64,000 nucleotides of DNA from an uncultured candidate division Zixibacteria bacterium. Its GTDB lineage: Bacteria > Zixibacteria > MSB-5A5 > GN15 > FEB-12. The stretch lies in the NCBI GenBank assembly GCA_963735035.1, contig CAVTJJ010000004.1, positions 768,001 to 832,000 of the forward strand, written 5' to 3'. The notes under the pieces were generated by a model. The model was not told the origin of the DNA and searched no databases. It saw only the letters and a list, made by a program, of their open reading frames with translations. Of this stretch, positions 40,692-51,466 are shown piece after piece (the stretch's first letter is position 1; every line of letters starts with the position of its first letter). The translations under genes were made by a program, and so were the position numbers.

Positions 40692-42455
40692 GTGGACAAT
40701 TCTTCCGTCAAGAACGCTCGTGGACGTCTTTCCGCCCTGTTCAAGTACATGGGGCGGTATCGGGCGTATCTGACTTACGGATTCGCCTCGGTGGTCATTT
40801 CCAACGTTCTAATGCTGACCACCCCGTATTTGACGAAGATGGTTATCGACCGATTACAGAACCACGGTCCGATGTCGGAAGTCGGGATACTGGTGCTGGC
40901 CATGATCGGGTTGGCGATTGTTTCCGGTGTCTTCCGCTTCCTGATCCGACGGACGATTATCTGGATGTCGCGCCACATGGAATATGATCTTCGCGGGGAA
41001 CTGGTGGCGCACCTGCTCAAGCTGTCGCCGTCGTTCTACGACAAGAACCGGACCGGCGATATCATGGCCCGCGCCACCAACGACCTGGAAGCTATCCGGA
41101 TGATGATCGGTCCGGCGGTGATGCACGTCGCCAATACGATTGTGATTGGCGCCGGCGCGCTCACCATGATGATCTACCTGTCGCCGAAACTGACACTATA
41201 CGCGGTCGCCCCGGCCGTCCTGCTTCCGATCACTATGAACTACCTGGGCAATCTGATTCACCGCAAGTACATGAAGATTCAGGAGCGGTTCTCGCACATG
41301 ACCGCTTTCGTGCAGGAGAATCTGGCCGGAGTCAGAGTCGTCAAAGCTTACCGTCAGGAGGAACAGGAGAAGAAGCATTTCGACAGTCTGTCGCAGGAAT
41401 TCTTCCGGCTGAATCTCGATCTGGGCCGTTACCAGGCGACTTTCTACCCGATGTTTCAGGTAATCGCCACCGGGCTGATGCTCGTGGTGCTCTATTTCGG
41501 GGGACGACAGGTCATTCAGGGCAACATACCGCTCTCGACCATCGTAGCATTCTTCCTGTATCTCGGAATGTTGACCTGGCCGCTCATTGCGGTCGGCTGG
41601 GTGATTTCGCTCTATCAGCGCGGGATGGTGTCGCTCGACCGCATCAACCAGATTCTCCATACCGAACCCGATATCAGCAACGCCGCCGGGACTTTGCATC
41701 GCGGCCCGCTGCGGGGTAAAGTCGAGTTCCGCAATTTGACCTTCGCCTACGACGACCGACCGGCACTGAGTGATATTGATCTGATCGTAGAGCCTGGGCA
41801 GACCCTGGGCATCATCGGCTTGACCGGATCGGGCAAGACCACCCTGGTATCACTGTTGGCTCGGCTGTACAAAGTGCCGCGCGGGCAACTATTCATAGAC
41901 GATGTCGATATCAACGACTGGGACCTCGCGGAGCTGCGGGGGCAGATCGGGTTTGCGGCGCAGGAACCGTTTCTGTTCTCCGCCACGATCGAGGAGAATA
42001 TCGGATTCGGCCGAGACCAGACCGACCGTCGCACCGTTGAACAGGTCGCGCAACTATCGGCTCTGGCTAAAGACGTCGATGATTTCCCCAACGGCTACGA
42101 CACGATGGTAGGCGAGAGGGGTATTACTCTATCCGGCGGACAGAAACAGCGCACCGCCATTGCTCGGGCGGTTATGATCGAACCCGCGATTCTCGTTCTC
42201 GACGACGTGACTTCGTCCGTAGATACCGAAACGGAACATGAAATCAATGTCCGCATCCACGCCCACACGAGTAATCTCACGACGTTCATTGTCTCCCACC
42301 GGGCATCGTCGGTGAAAGACGCCGATCTTATCATATTCATGGAGAACGGCCGTATCGTAGAGCGGGGCAATCATGAACACCTGATGACCCTGAGCGGTCG
42401 TTACGCCGACCTGTATCACTCGCAGGTCCTGGCCGAAGAGTTGGAGAGTCTCTGA
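40692..42455 (+). CDS. ABC exporter, fused TMD-NBD subunit (degenerate site)
   Basis: GLTGSGKT, LSGGQKQR, Walker B LVLDD, H-loop SHR. Confidence 0.95.
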   Translation: MDNSSVKNARGRLSALFKYMGRYRAYLTYGFASVVISNVLMLTTPYLTKMVIDRLQNHGPMSEVGILVLAMIGLAIVSGVFRFLIRRTIIWMSRHMEYDLRGELVAHLLKLSPSFYDKNRTGDIMARATNDLEAIRMMIGPAVMHVANTIVIGAGALTMMIYLSPKLTLYAVAPAVLLPITMNYLGNLIHRKYMKIQERFSHMTAFVQENLAGVRVVKAYRQEEQEKKHFDSLSQEFFRLNLDLGRYQATFYPMFQVIATGLMLVVLYFGGRQVIQGNIPLSTIVAFFLYLGMLTWPLIAVGWVISLYQRGMVSLDRINQILHTEPDISNAAGTLHRGPLRGKVEFRNLTFAYDDRPALSDIDLIVEPGQTLGIIGLTGSGKTTLVSLLARLYKVPRGQLFIDDVDINDWDLAELRGQIGFAAQEPFLFSATIEENIGFGRDQTDRRTVEQVAQLSALAKDVDDFPNGYDTMVGERGITLSGGQKQRTAIARAVMIEPAILVLDDVTSSVDTETEHEINVRIHAHTSNLTTFIVSHRASSVKDADLIIFMENGRIVERGNHEHLMTLSGRYADLYHSQVLAEELESL

Positions 42456-44260
42456 TGGCGGTCGAGAATTTCCACGAAGAAGAAGCTCTCGGCAAGGCGT
42501 ACGATGCCCGCCTGATGAAACGTCTGCTCGCCTACCTTCGGCCATATCGGGGCGCGGTCGCCCTGGCCGGTGTGCTGCTGTTGCTCGTGTCGCTCCTGCA
42601 GATTGCCATACCCCGGTTGATTCAGTTGGCCATCGACGATCACATAGCCACCGGCGATCTGCAGGGTTTGAATCGACTCGCTCTGATGTTTCTGGCCGTG
42701 CTGCTGGCCGGAGCGGCCGTTCGCTATGCCCAGACCTACCTGACCATGTGGTTGGGACAGAAGGTCCTGCATGACATCCGTACACAAGTGTTTTCGCATC
42801 TGCAGACGCTTCATCTGGGTTACTTTGACAGCAACCCGGTGGGTCGTATGGTGACCCGGGTCACATCGGACGTCAACACGCTCGATGAAATGTTCTCAGC
42901 CGGTGTAGTCACTATCCTTGGTGACCTGTTCACTCTGGCGCTCATTGTTGGCGCTCTCATGTACTACAACTGGGAGCTGGCGCTGATAACTCTGGCGGTG
43001 GTGCCGCTGTTGGTCGCGGCGACGTTCGTGTTCAGAGCGAAAGTCCGCGATGTCTACCGCGATGTCCGCCTCCGGGTGGCCCGCATAAACGCCTTCCTGC
43101 AGGAGCATATCACCGGTATCAAAGTGGTGCAACTGTTCAATCGGGAAGAAATCACCAATCGTAAGTTCGACGAAATCAACCTCAGCCTGCGCACGGCCAA
43201 TTTCAGATCGATCTACTACTATGCCGTGTTCTTTCCGGCCGTAGAAGTTATCGGCACTCTGGCTATTGGGTTGGTGCTGTATTATGGTGGCTTTCGCATC
43301 GAATCCGGTGTGCTGACGTTCGGTGAACTGGTTGCTTTCCTGACACTCGTGGAAATGTTCTATCGCCCGATTCGCGATCTATCCGAGAAGTACAACATCT
43401 TGCAGGCATCGATGGCCTCCTCGGAACGGATATTCAACCTGCTCGACACGAAACCTCTGATCGTGTCCACCGGTGCCCCGCGCGATTTGCCGCAAGTGCG
43501 TGGCCGCATTGAAATCAAGAACCTATGGTTTGCTTACAATGATGACGACTGGGTGCTGAAGAATCTCTCTTTCACGGTCGAGCCGGGCCAGAAAATCGCC
43601 ATTGTCGGCGCCACCGGAGCCGGTAAGAGTTCGCTCGTGTCGTTGTTGTATCGGTTCTACGACTTCCAGCGCGGTTCGATCAAGCTTGATGGGGTAGAGT
43701 TGCGCGATCTGTCGGTCGACCAGCTTCGCGGTCGCATGGCCCTCGTGTTGCAGGACGTGTTCCTGTTCAGCGGCGATATCGCGGGCAACGTGAGATTACG
43801 CACAGAATCGATTACTGACGACGAGGTCCGTCAGGCTTTGACTCGGGTCGGGTTCGATCGTTTCATGCGCCGTTTTGGCGATGATGTCCACGCGGAGATA
43901 CGGGAACGAGGCGCGACCCTCTCAACCGGCCAGAAACAACTGCTTTCGTTTGCGCGGGCGTTGGCCTTCAATCCGGAAATTCTGGTGCTTGACGAGGCTA
44001 CCAGTTCGGTGGACACGGAGACCGAGAGAATCATTCAGTCGGCGCTGGAAGAACTGATGCGGGGGCGGACCTCGATAGTCGTGGCGCACCGCCTCTCAAC
44101 CATCGAGAAGGCGGATCGGATCATAGTTCTGCACCACGGCGAACTGCGTGAATCGGGAACCCACGATGAACTGCTCAAGATGCAAGGCATTTACTATAAG
44201 CTCTATCAACTTCAGTATCGTCGTCAGGTGTTGCCGCCGGTCGACGTACCTACGGATTAA
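42455..44260 (+). CDS. ABC exporter, fused TMD-NBD partner subunit
   Basis: GATGAGKS, LSTGQKQL, LDEATS, AHRLST; TmrAB/YheIH-like heterodimer. Confidence 0.95.
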   Translation: MAVENFHEEEALGKAYDARLMKRLLAYLRPYRGAVALAGVLLLLVSLLQIAIPRLIQLAIDDHIATGDLQGLNRLALMFLAVLLAGAAVRYAQTYLTMWLGQKVLHDIRTQVFSHLQTLHLGYFDSNPVGRMVTRVTSDVNTLDEMFSAGVVTILGDLFTLALIVGALMYYNWELALITLAVVPLLVAATFVFRAKVRDVYRDVRLRVARINAFLQEHITGIKVVQLFNREEITNRKFDEINLSLRTANFRSIYYYAVFFPAVEVIGTLAIGLVLYYGGFRIESGVLTFGELVAFLTLVEMFYRPIRDLSEKYNILQASMASSERIFNLLDTKPLIVSTGAPRDLPQVRGRIEIKNLWFAYNDDDWVLKNLSFTVEPGQKIAIVGATGAGKSSLVSLLYRFYDFQRGSIKLDGVELRDLSVDQLRGRMALVLQDVFLFSGDIAGNVRLRTESITDDEVRQALTRVGFDRFMRRFGDDVHAEIRERGATLSTGQKQLLSFARALAFNPEILVLDEATSSVDTETERIIQSALEELMRGRTSIVVAHRLSTIEKADRIIVLHHGELRESGTHDELLKMQGIYYKLYQLQYRRQVLPPVDVPTD

Positions 44261-44263
44261 TCT

Positions 44264-45064
44264 ATGACAGAACGCGAAATCAAAGCCGCCACGCGATTCG
44301 CCTGTGAATTGGCCTGCGATGCCGCCGCCGTCCTCAAGAAGGGATTCAATCAGCCACGTAAGATTACTTACAAGGGGCGTATCGATCCGGTGACGGAATA
44401 CGATGTCAAAGCCGAGAAGTTGATAGCCGGGCGAATCGGCAAGCGCTATCCCCGGCATGAGATTCTCGCTGAGGAAGGAAGCGAATCCGGCACGAGATCG
44501 GAATATCGCTGGGTGGTCGATCCCCTCGACGGCACGGTCAATTTTGCTCATGGTTTCCCTATATACTGTGTGTCGATCGCGTTGCAGCAGGACGGCAAGA
44601 GCATCGTAGGGGCGGTTTGTGATCCGGAACGGGATGAACTTTTCTGGGGCGCCAAAGGATCCGGTGCCTGGCTTAACAAGAAGGCGATCCGAGTCAGTCA
44701 GGAACGACGCCTGGACAGGGCCTTGTTGGCCACCGGGTTCGCGTATGATATCGGCACCGCCCGTCGCAACAACCTGGGGTTGTTTGCCCGGATGGCCCGT
44801 CAGGCTCAAGGGATTAGACGACCAGGGTCGGCTGCGATAGACCTCTGCTGGCTGGCTTGTGGACGGGTCGACGGTTTCTGGGAACTGAAACTTCACCCCT
44901 GGGACACCGCCGCCGCAACGCTTCTGGTCGAGAATGCGGGGGGGAAGATCAGCCGGGTAAATGGGCGTCCGTATTCGGTCTTCGACCCCGATCTTCTGGC
45001 CTCCAACGGCCTGATTCACCCGGCTATGCAGAAGGTGTTATACCACGGAAAGACCAAGTCATGA
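44264..45064 (+). CDS. suhB: Inositol monophosphatase family protein
   Basis: AEE, WVVDPLDGTVNF, WDTAAA. Confidence 0.93.
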   Translation: MTEREIKAATRFACELACDAAAVLKKGFNQPRKITYKGRIDPVTEYDVKAEKLIAGRIGKRYPRHEILAEEGSESGTRSEYRWVVDPLDGTVNFAHGFPIYCVSIALQQDGKSIVGAVCDPERDELFWGAKGSGAWLNKKAIRVSQERRLDRALLATGFAYDIGTARRNNLGLFARMARQAQGIRRPGSAAIDLCWLACGRVDGFWELKLHPWDTAAATLLVENAGGKISRVNGRPYSVFDPDLLASNGLIHPAMQKVLYHGKTKS

Positions 45065-45374
45065 CGCTCAGAGCGCCAATATCGCCCGTTTCCGCGCTTG
45101 TGGAAACTTCTGTAAGAGCGTAACATATAAGGATCAAAGCGGGTCTTCTGGATGATTTGGGACAAGGCATGGAACAAGGAAAGAATCCATTCGTTGAAGC
45201 TGACAGTGGCTCGAGGCGCTGTCTCCGTCTCAAAATCAAAGAAGACCGGCCCGGGTTACGTAACTCATGTATCAGGTCGATATTCAGACTTATGAGCCAT
45301 ATTTTGGGTTAAGAAATGACTGATGAATCGTAACGGCGCGGCCGTCGGTTCATCGGAAAGCACGGAGTGTTCCG

Positions 45375-47201
45375 ATGTGTGGTATTGTTGGTTATGTCGG
45401 TCCGAAGAAGGCCCAGCCGATTCTCATGAACGGCTTGAAGCGGCTCGAATACCGGGGGTATGATTCCGCCGGCATAGCGCTGCTGAGCGAAACCGGTCTG
45501 ATGATTTCCCGCTCGGTCGGCAAGATCAAGAATTTGGAAGCTGCCCTCGGTGACCATGAGTACAAGGCCACCCACGGGATTGCTCATACTCGCTGGGCCA
45601 CTCACGGTGAGCCGAATGAAACCAATGCCCACCCCCACACCGACAACAATTACGAAATCGCGCTTGTCCATAACGGCATCATCGAAAACTATCGCGCCAT
45701 AAGGGAATTTCTCTCCCGCAAGGGAGTGATCTTTCGTTCTCAGACCGACACCGAAGTACTCGTGCAACTGGTCGCGTATAACTACGCCGGCGACCTTACT
45801 GAGGCTGTTCGTAACGCTCTGACTCAAGTGGAAGGTACTTACGGCATAGCGGTCATTTCCGCCCGTCACCCCGGCATCATCGTGGCGGCACGTATGGGAT
45901 CACCGCTGGTGATCGGTCACGGCGATCACGAGAATCTGGTGGCGTCCGATGTCTCCGCGATGCTCGAACATACTAATCGAGTGGTCTATCTCGAGGACGG
46001 CGAAATTGCGACCGTTTCGGCCGAAGACTACCGCATTACCACCATTGGGAACGTCAAGATTACTCCATCGGTCGAAGAAATAAGCTGGACGCTCGACGAG
46101 ATCGAAAAGAGTGGTTTCGATCATTTCATGCTCAAGGAGATTCACGAGCAGCCGAATTCGTTGCGTAACGCCATCCGTGGCCGTCTCAACCATGAAGACG
46201 GCATCGCGCGACTGAGCGGTCTGAATCTCCAGTACGACGAACTTCGACGGATCAAGCGGGTCATAATCACCGCCTGTGGTACGTCATTTCACGCCGGACT
46301 GATCGGCGAGTACATGATCGAAGAGATCGCACGCGTGCCGGTCGAAGTCGAATATGCGTCGGAATTCCGCTATCGCTCGCCGATCATCGATGAGAACACG
46401 CTCATGTTTGCGATCAGCCAGTCAGGCGAGACTGCAGATACTTTGGCGGCCATGCGCGAGGCGCGGCAACTTGGTGCGACGGTCCTGGGCCTGGTAAACG
46501 TGGTCGGATCGACCATTGCTCGCGAATCCGACGGCGGTGTGTATCTGCACGCCGGGCCGGAAATCGGGGTGGCGTCGACCAAAGCGTTCACGGCGCAGGT
46601 AATTGTGCTGGCGATGATTGCCAACCTGCTCGGTCGGATGCGCACGTACTCAGTTCAGCAGGGTCACGAATTCATTCACGCCATAGAGCAGATTCCGAGC
46701 CAGATCGAATCGATTCTGGCCAATACCGAACATATCAAAGAAGTCGCCCGGCTTCACTATAAGGCGAACAATTTCCTGTATCTCGGACGTGGCATCAACT
46801 ATCCGGTCGCACTCGAAGGGGCATTGAAGCTCAAGGAAATCTCGTATGTGCACGCCGAGGGATATCCCGCGGCCGAGATGAAACACGGCCCGATCGCTCT
46901 AATCGACGAGAACATGCCGGTCGTGGTGCTCGCATTGCGCGACCCGATCTACGACAAGGTGATGTCCAACATTGCCGAGATCAAAGCGCGCAACGGTCGT
47001 GTGATTGCGATTGCGACGCAGGGTGACAACGAAATTCAGGAGCGGGCGGACCATGTGATTTATATTCCTCCGACCGACCGTTTGCTCACGCCGTTGTTGA
47101 GCGTGGTGCCGTTGCAGCTGTTGGCGTATCATATCGCGGTCATGCGTGGCTGTGATGTGGATCAACCACGCAACCTGGCCAAATCCGTAACGGTGGAATA
47201 G
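45375..47201 (+). CDS. glmS: Glutamine-fructose-6-phosphate transaminase
   Basis: MCGIVGY, EYRGYDSAG, HTRWATHG, PRNLAKSVTVE. Confidence 0.99.
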   Translation: MCGIVGYVGPKKAQPILMNGLKRLEYRGYDSAGIALLSETGLMISRSVGKIKNLEAALGDHEYKATHGIAHTRWATHGEPNETNAHPHTDNNYEIALVHNGIIENYRAIREFLSRKGVIFRSQTDTEVLVQLVAYNYAGDLTEAVRNALTQVEGTYGIAVISARHPGIIVAARMGSPLVIGHGDHENLVASDVSAMLEHTNRVVYLEDGEIATVSAEDYRITTIGNVKITPSVEEISWTLDEIEKSGFDHFMLKEIHEQPNSLRNAIRGRLNHEDGIARLSGLNLQYDELRRIKRVIITACGTSFHAGLIGEYMIEEIARVPVEVEYASEFRYRSPIIDENTLMFAISQSGETADTLAAMREARQLGATVLGLVNVVGSTIARESDGGVYLHAGPEIGVASTKAFTAQVIVLAMIANLLGRMRTYSVQQGHEFIHAIEQIPSQIESILANTEHIKEVARLHYKANNFLYLGRGINYPVALEGALKLKEISYVHAEGYPAAEMKHGPIALIDENMPVVVLALRDPIYDKVMSNIAEIKARNGRVIAIATQGDNEIQERADHVIYIPPTDRLLTPLLSVVPLQLLAYHIAVMRGCDVDQPRNLAKSVTVE

Positions 47202-47239
47202 GCTAAGAACGTCGGTCTTGTCCCGCGCCCCTGTCTGTC

Positions 47240-47736
47240 TTGCCCCGCTTTAGGCGGGGCATCCAAGAATATCAAATCGGCAGGCCTCAGGGCCTGCCGA
47301 TTTATTGTTTGGGGGAGGAACTTCGTAGGTCGGGACCCTTGTGGTCCCGACATTGTCGGTGCGAGTGATTATCAAATTACGACGGCCGCCAGGCCGTCAC
47401 ACCCGCGAAGGCGGGTGCCTATGTGCAAAGTCGATGGGAGAAGAGGATAGAGGAGAAAGTTACGGGGCGATTGATAGAGAGATCCTTTGAAACTGAAGGA
47501 CGTCTGACTCAGACAATTGCGTCTATCGGGCGACTTTCTCTACAGTAAGATTTTCATCTTCTGCAAACGCGAGTGGTCATGGGTGCCCGACTACTCGGGC
47601 ATGACGAAGAAGAGATGTTTGGCTATCAAACGCCGACATGTATCCCCTAATTCCCTCGCTATCCATCTTATCTGGGGCTACGGGGTATGGTTCGCTCGCA
47701 GATAACAAATCGGCAGGCCTCAAGGCCTGCCGATTA
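47240..47736. repeat. Intergenic mosaic of REP-like palindromes between convergent genes
   Basis: ATCGGCAGGCC-N4-GGCCTGCCGAT twice (~47276, ~47709), GTAGGTCGGGACC..GGTCCCGAC, GTCACACCCGCGAAGGCGGGTG and CCCGACTACTCGGGCATGAC. Confidence 0.65.
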
Positions 47737-47774
47737 TTGTTTGGTGAGCAGAAGGCCGCTCCTTCAGGATTGGT

Positions 47775-50090
47775 CTAGAACTCGTACTCGACACCGAACA
47801 CCGGGAGCATCGTCCACTGGTTCAGAGTACTCTGATGTTTGCCAATTTCGTTCCAGTAATACTGAGCCACGTTCTTGCGGTTGTAGACGTTCCATACCGA
47901 GAGATACGCGACCAGGTTGGATCCTTTGAAGCTGAACCGGCGGTCACACCTGAGATTGAGTGAATGGTAGGCGGGGTAGCGCGATTCATTGACGCGGTCC
48001 TCATCAAGGACCGACCGATTTATCAACTGTGACGCTTCCAGGTCGAGCGGAGTATAAGGCGCCCCGCCGGCGAAGATCCACCGGGTCGAGAACTCCCATC
48101 GATTGTTGGGCTTGTAGCCCCCTTCGACACTGAACAGAAGTCGGTTGTCGTAAATGCGGTCGCGCCAGATGCCGTCCAGACCCTTGTACTCAGACTTGAA
48201 GTACGAACCGCTGACCAAACCATACGTGCCCTCGACCAGCTTCTTCTGCAGCGTTGCTTCGACGCCGTAGGCTCTGGCCTTGCCGATGTCCTGAAGATTC
48301 TCATAGTTACCCATGAAACCGCGTATGACCAGTTCGTCAACCACGAACAGTTGTGGCTGGTCGGGGTCAACCGGGAAGTGGTCGTAGGATTTGTAGTAGC
48401 CCTCAACCGTTAGCTTGGTGTTCTCGGTCACGAGGTGACTGATCCCCGCCACGGCATGATAGGCGACCGGGTCACGCAGCTCTTTGTTGCGACTGTGCTG
48501 AGTGAGCAGGACGAGCGGCAGGTTCTGATAGTAGATGCCGGTTGCCGCATTCAACGCCGTCCGATCGGTCAGACGATAGACGAGAGCCAGTCGCGGTGAC
48601 ACGCTGGAGTGATCGTTATATTCGAAATAGTCATAGCGGAGACCGACGGTGGTTGACAATCGGCTGGACGGGCTCGCCGTCAGGTTGACAAAGAGTCCCG
48701 CCCTGGGTGAACGCGGTCGTTCCGCTACAACCAGCGGAGGTACGGTATCACCGATTGGGTTGGTGTATTCTGCGACTCTGAGATTGTAGTTGTCGAAGAA
48801 GTACTTGGTGTCAAAGCCGAACTCGAAATGGCTGGATTCGTTCAACAGAAGGGTGTTGACGTTTCTCACCTGCGCCGAACTTAAAGTGCTGTTTTCGACC
48901 GAAAGGGGAATGTCCGACTTGGTTTCGTTGAAGGTACCGTTATAGTCGGTCGACAGCATGGAAACCGAGGTATTGGAGTACCCCTTACGACCCCATAAGT
49001 AGCGCCAGTTGACTCCGGTGGCGAATTCTGAACCCTTGTACGTTCCGTAGAAGATCAGGCTGTCATCGATCGCCTGCTTCCGTTCGAACGTGATCGCATC
49101 GACGCCCGCAACGCCCAGAAAAGTCAATTGGTGGGAGGCATTCAGATCGTACACCAGCTTGCCCTGGTAGTCACTGTAGCGCGGGGCCACCCCGGTTCCG
49201 ATCGCGTCCACCAGAAGGTCGAGAAACGAACGTCGGACCGAGAGCATCCACGAACCCTTGCCATGGGCAATGGGGCCCTCGCCCGTAAACCCGGCTCCGG
49301 CGAAATCAAGCATCAATTGGCCGTCGAATTCCTCGCGGTTGCCCTCGCGAAAGGATATATCCATGATCGACGACAGGCGATCGCCGTAGGCGGCCGAGAA
49401 CCCACCGGCCGAAAAAGACACGTCTCGAACGAAATCGACGTTGAGCAGGCCGATCGGCCCACCCGAGGAACCCTCGAGAGGATAGTGGTTTATATTCGGA
49501 ATTTCGATGTTGTCCAAATAGAAACCGTTTTCGGTTGGGGTGCCGCCACGGACAATCATACTGTTGAGCTGATCGTTGACCTTCGCGATACTCGGCAGGG
49601 TCGCCACGATACGGCTGACGTCGCCGGCCGTGCCGGGCGAGCGCCGGACTTCTTCGCCGGAGAATTCCGTCGTGCTGGTCGGCTGCCAGGGCTTTTCGGA
49701 AAAGTAATCCGCCGTGACCGACATGCCCTTGATTTCCACCGACCGACTCACCAGTTCCGCTTGCACAAACGTGATTCGCTTAGGCCTGACAATTACATCA
49801 GATTGGGATATCCGCTCGTAAGCGACACCGCTGATGGTCAGCGAGTAACTTCCGACTGGGACGTCGGCGATGCGAAAATCGCCCGTTTCGTCGGTGGCGG
49901 CGCCCAGGCGCGTGCCGACCACGAGCACCGACGCGCCAATCACCGGCGCCTGGTTGACGGCCTCGACCACGCGGCCTTTGATCGTGCCGGTTGAACCGGG
50001 CTGGCTATCGTTGGCTGAGACCGAAACGGCTGTCAAAGTCGAAAGGGCAATTAGAAACAAGCATAATGGGACCGACTTACTGATAAACAT
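47775..50090 (-). CDS. TonB-dependent receptor with carboxypeptidase-regulatory-like N-domain
   Basis: Signal peptide, GTIKGRV..PVIGASV, plug (IVRGG..EN..LDNIEI), C-terminal GVEYEF. Confidence 0.93.
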   Translation of the reverse strand: MFISKSVPLCLFLIALSTLTAVSVSANDSQPGSTGTIKGRVVEAVNQAPVIGASVLVVGTRLGAATDETGDFRIADVPVGSYSLTISGVAYERISQSDVIVRPKRITFVQAELVSRSVEIKGMSVTADYFSEKPWQPTSTTEFSGEEVRRSPGTAGDVSRIVATLPSIAKVNDQLNSMIVRGGTPTENGFYLDNIEIPNINHYPLEGSSGGPIGLLNVDFVRDVSFSAGGFSAAYGDRLSSIMDISFREGNREEFDGQLMLDFAGAGFTGEGPIAHGKGSWMLSVRRSFLDLLVDAIGTGVAPRYSDYQGKLVYDLNASHQLTFLGVAGVDAITFERKQAIDDSLIFYGTYKGSEFATGVNWRYLWGRKGYSNTSVSMLSTDYNGTFNETKSDIPLSVENSTLSSAQVRNVNTLLLNESSHFEFGFDTKYFFDNYNLRVAEYTNPIGDTVPPLVVAERPRSPRAGLFVNLTASPSSRLSTTVGLRYDYFEYNDHSSVSPRLALVYRLTDRTALNAATGIYYQNLPLVLLTQHSRNKELRDPVAYHAVAGISHLVTENTKLTVEGYYKSYDHFPVDPDQPQLFVVDELVIRGFMGNYENLQDIGKARAYGVEATLQKKLVEGTYGLVSGSYFKSEYKGLDGIWRDRIYDNRLLFSVEGGYKPNNRWEFSTRWIFAGGAPYTPLDLEASQLINRSVLDEDRVNESRYPAYHSLNLRCDRRFSFKGSNLVAYLSVWNVYNRKNVAQYYWNEIGKHQSTLNQWTMLPVFGVEYEF

Positions 50091-50124
50091 CTTTCAAGAC
50101 ACCTTCTGTGAATTGTTATTCCGC

Positions 50125-50154
50125 ATGTGACGAATACTGAGGACCGAAGTTTCA
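50125..50154 (-). promoter_or_regulatory. ECF-sigma-like promoter for the TonB receptor
   Basis: TGAAAC-N16-CGTCACAT on minus strand; similar GCAAC-N16-TGTCACAT at 50385-50413. Confidence 0.5.
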
Positions 50155-50614
50155 AATTTTCTTTCCAAGTAACCTATTTCGTAGCATTCCAGGATTTGTG
50201 CGCGACGATGCCCAGCGAAGTTATCACTTACTTACATCTGGAGCTTTGGCGAAACGGTGGGTAGCAGTTGACTTGTAAGCTTGTCGCCAAACAATTACAA
50301 ACAATCGTCTTGCGTTATATCCGCACAGGCCGAGCCAGGTGTGGTCGACGGATAACCGTTCGACAATCCGGCCTTCTTGTCTCTATGTGACAGATGAAAC
50401 CGGAAGAAGTTGCTTGTTCATCTTATCCGTGCCACCGCGGCAGGGGGGGACTCGATTCCAGCAGGTCCGGCTTCTAGGAGTGTAGCGAATCGAAAGACTA
50501 GAAACCGACATCCTCCACCAAAGTGAGCCCAGACTCAATAGGGGCAGGAGGACAAAGAACTGTTGCTAAGTGATGTGGCGGATTGCGCAGACCTTTGATA
50601 ACGGTCTGCGCAGA

Positions 50615-51466
50615 TCAGCTATTCCCCTTTGTCTCGGAAGGCCAATTAGGCAGCCGATCGTCTCCACGAAAGGCTTCAAGCTGATTGCCGACCGAGGCGT
50701 GAGATTCTCCGAGCTCAAGATGGAAGGCATCTATAACAAGACCAGTGATAATGAGATAGCAACGAACAACCTCCAGAATCAAGGCCAGCGCGTCGGACGT
50801 CTCAAATCTGGGCCCGAAGGCTTTCTCATTCGGGTCAAAGTAGTGAAGCATATCATCGATACTTCCATGAGTTGATGCAGAAAACAGCTTATAGCAGATG
50901 CGATAGTCTGTTCCAAGCCCGGACTTGTCAGCCATGTCACTGATGTGAAGGCCTGACCACGAAGACAGATTCGGTTTCCCCTTTGAATCCTTCTCAAAAA
51001 GATGCACTCGTTCAAGGAAGTTCTTCCTCGCATCATCCGCAAACAATCTCACGGCGTCCTTGAGAGAATCTTGATAACCTTCGTCGTTTAGAACAAGCTC
51101 TGTCGTCTTCTTGGACAACACAGTCCAGTAGTACCAATACTGGTACTGCCGCTTCTCGATATCTAGACTCATGTATTTCAAGTTGATTGCGATATCAAGA
51201 ATCTTCCGCGCAAGGGCCTTTGCGTCTCCGACAAGACCGGCATCCACAAGTTTGGCAGAGGAGATAAGAGTGTCAGAGGCTTTTAGGAGATTGAACGCGT
51301 ATATGTAGTGAGCGGGCGAAAGATCGCCTTCCTTGAACTGATGATCACCAAGATTCTGCGATATTACGTCTCCGAGAGTCAAGCATTGCTCCATCAGTCC
51401 CATGAAATCGTCTGCCCGCACCCCCAAATCACGTCTGTAGGACAGAATAGAATAGCCCATTGTCAC
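50615..51466 (-). CDS. DUF5677-like (possibly HEPN-related) hypothetical protein
   Basis: [14 protein letters not shown] and [11 protein letters not shown] pattern; more AT-rich; overlaps the upstream stop by 4 nt. Confidence 0.6.
   Translation of the reverse strand: MTMGYSILSYRRDLGVRADDFMGLMEQCLTLGDVISQNLGDHQFKEGDLSPAHYIYAFNLLKASDTLISSAKLVDAGLVGDAKALARKILDIAINLKYMSLDIEKRQYQYWYYWTVLSKKTTELVLNDEGYQDSLKDAVRLFADDARKNFLERVHLFEKDSKGKPNLSSWSGLHISDMADKSGLGTDYRICYKLFSASTHGSIDDMLHYFDPNEKAFGPRFETSDALALILEVVRCYLIITGLVIDAFHLELGESHASVGNQLEAFRGDDRLPNWPSETKGNS

Noticed and set aside
45065..45374. glmS ribozyme in the 310-bp leader
   Set aside because: An AGCGCC is present near 45073 but the GACGAGG core and downstream conserved pairings are not visible.
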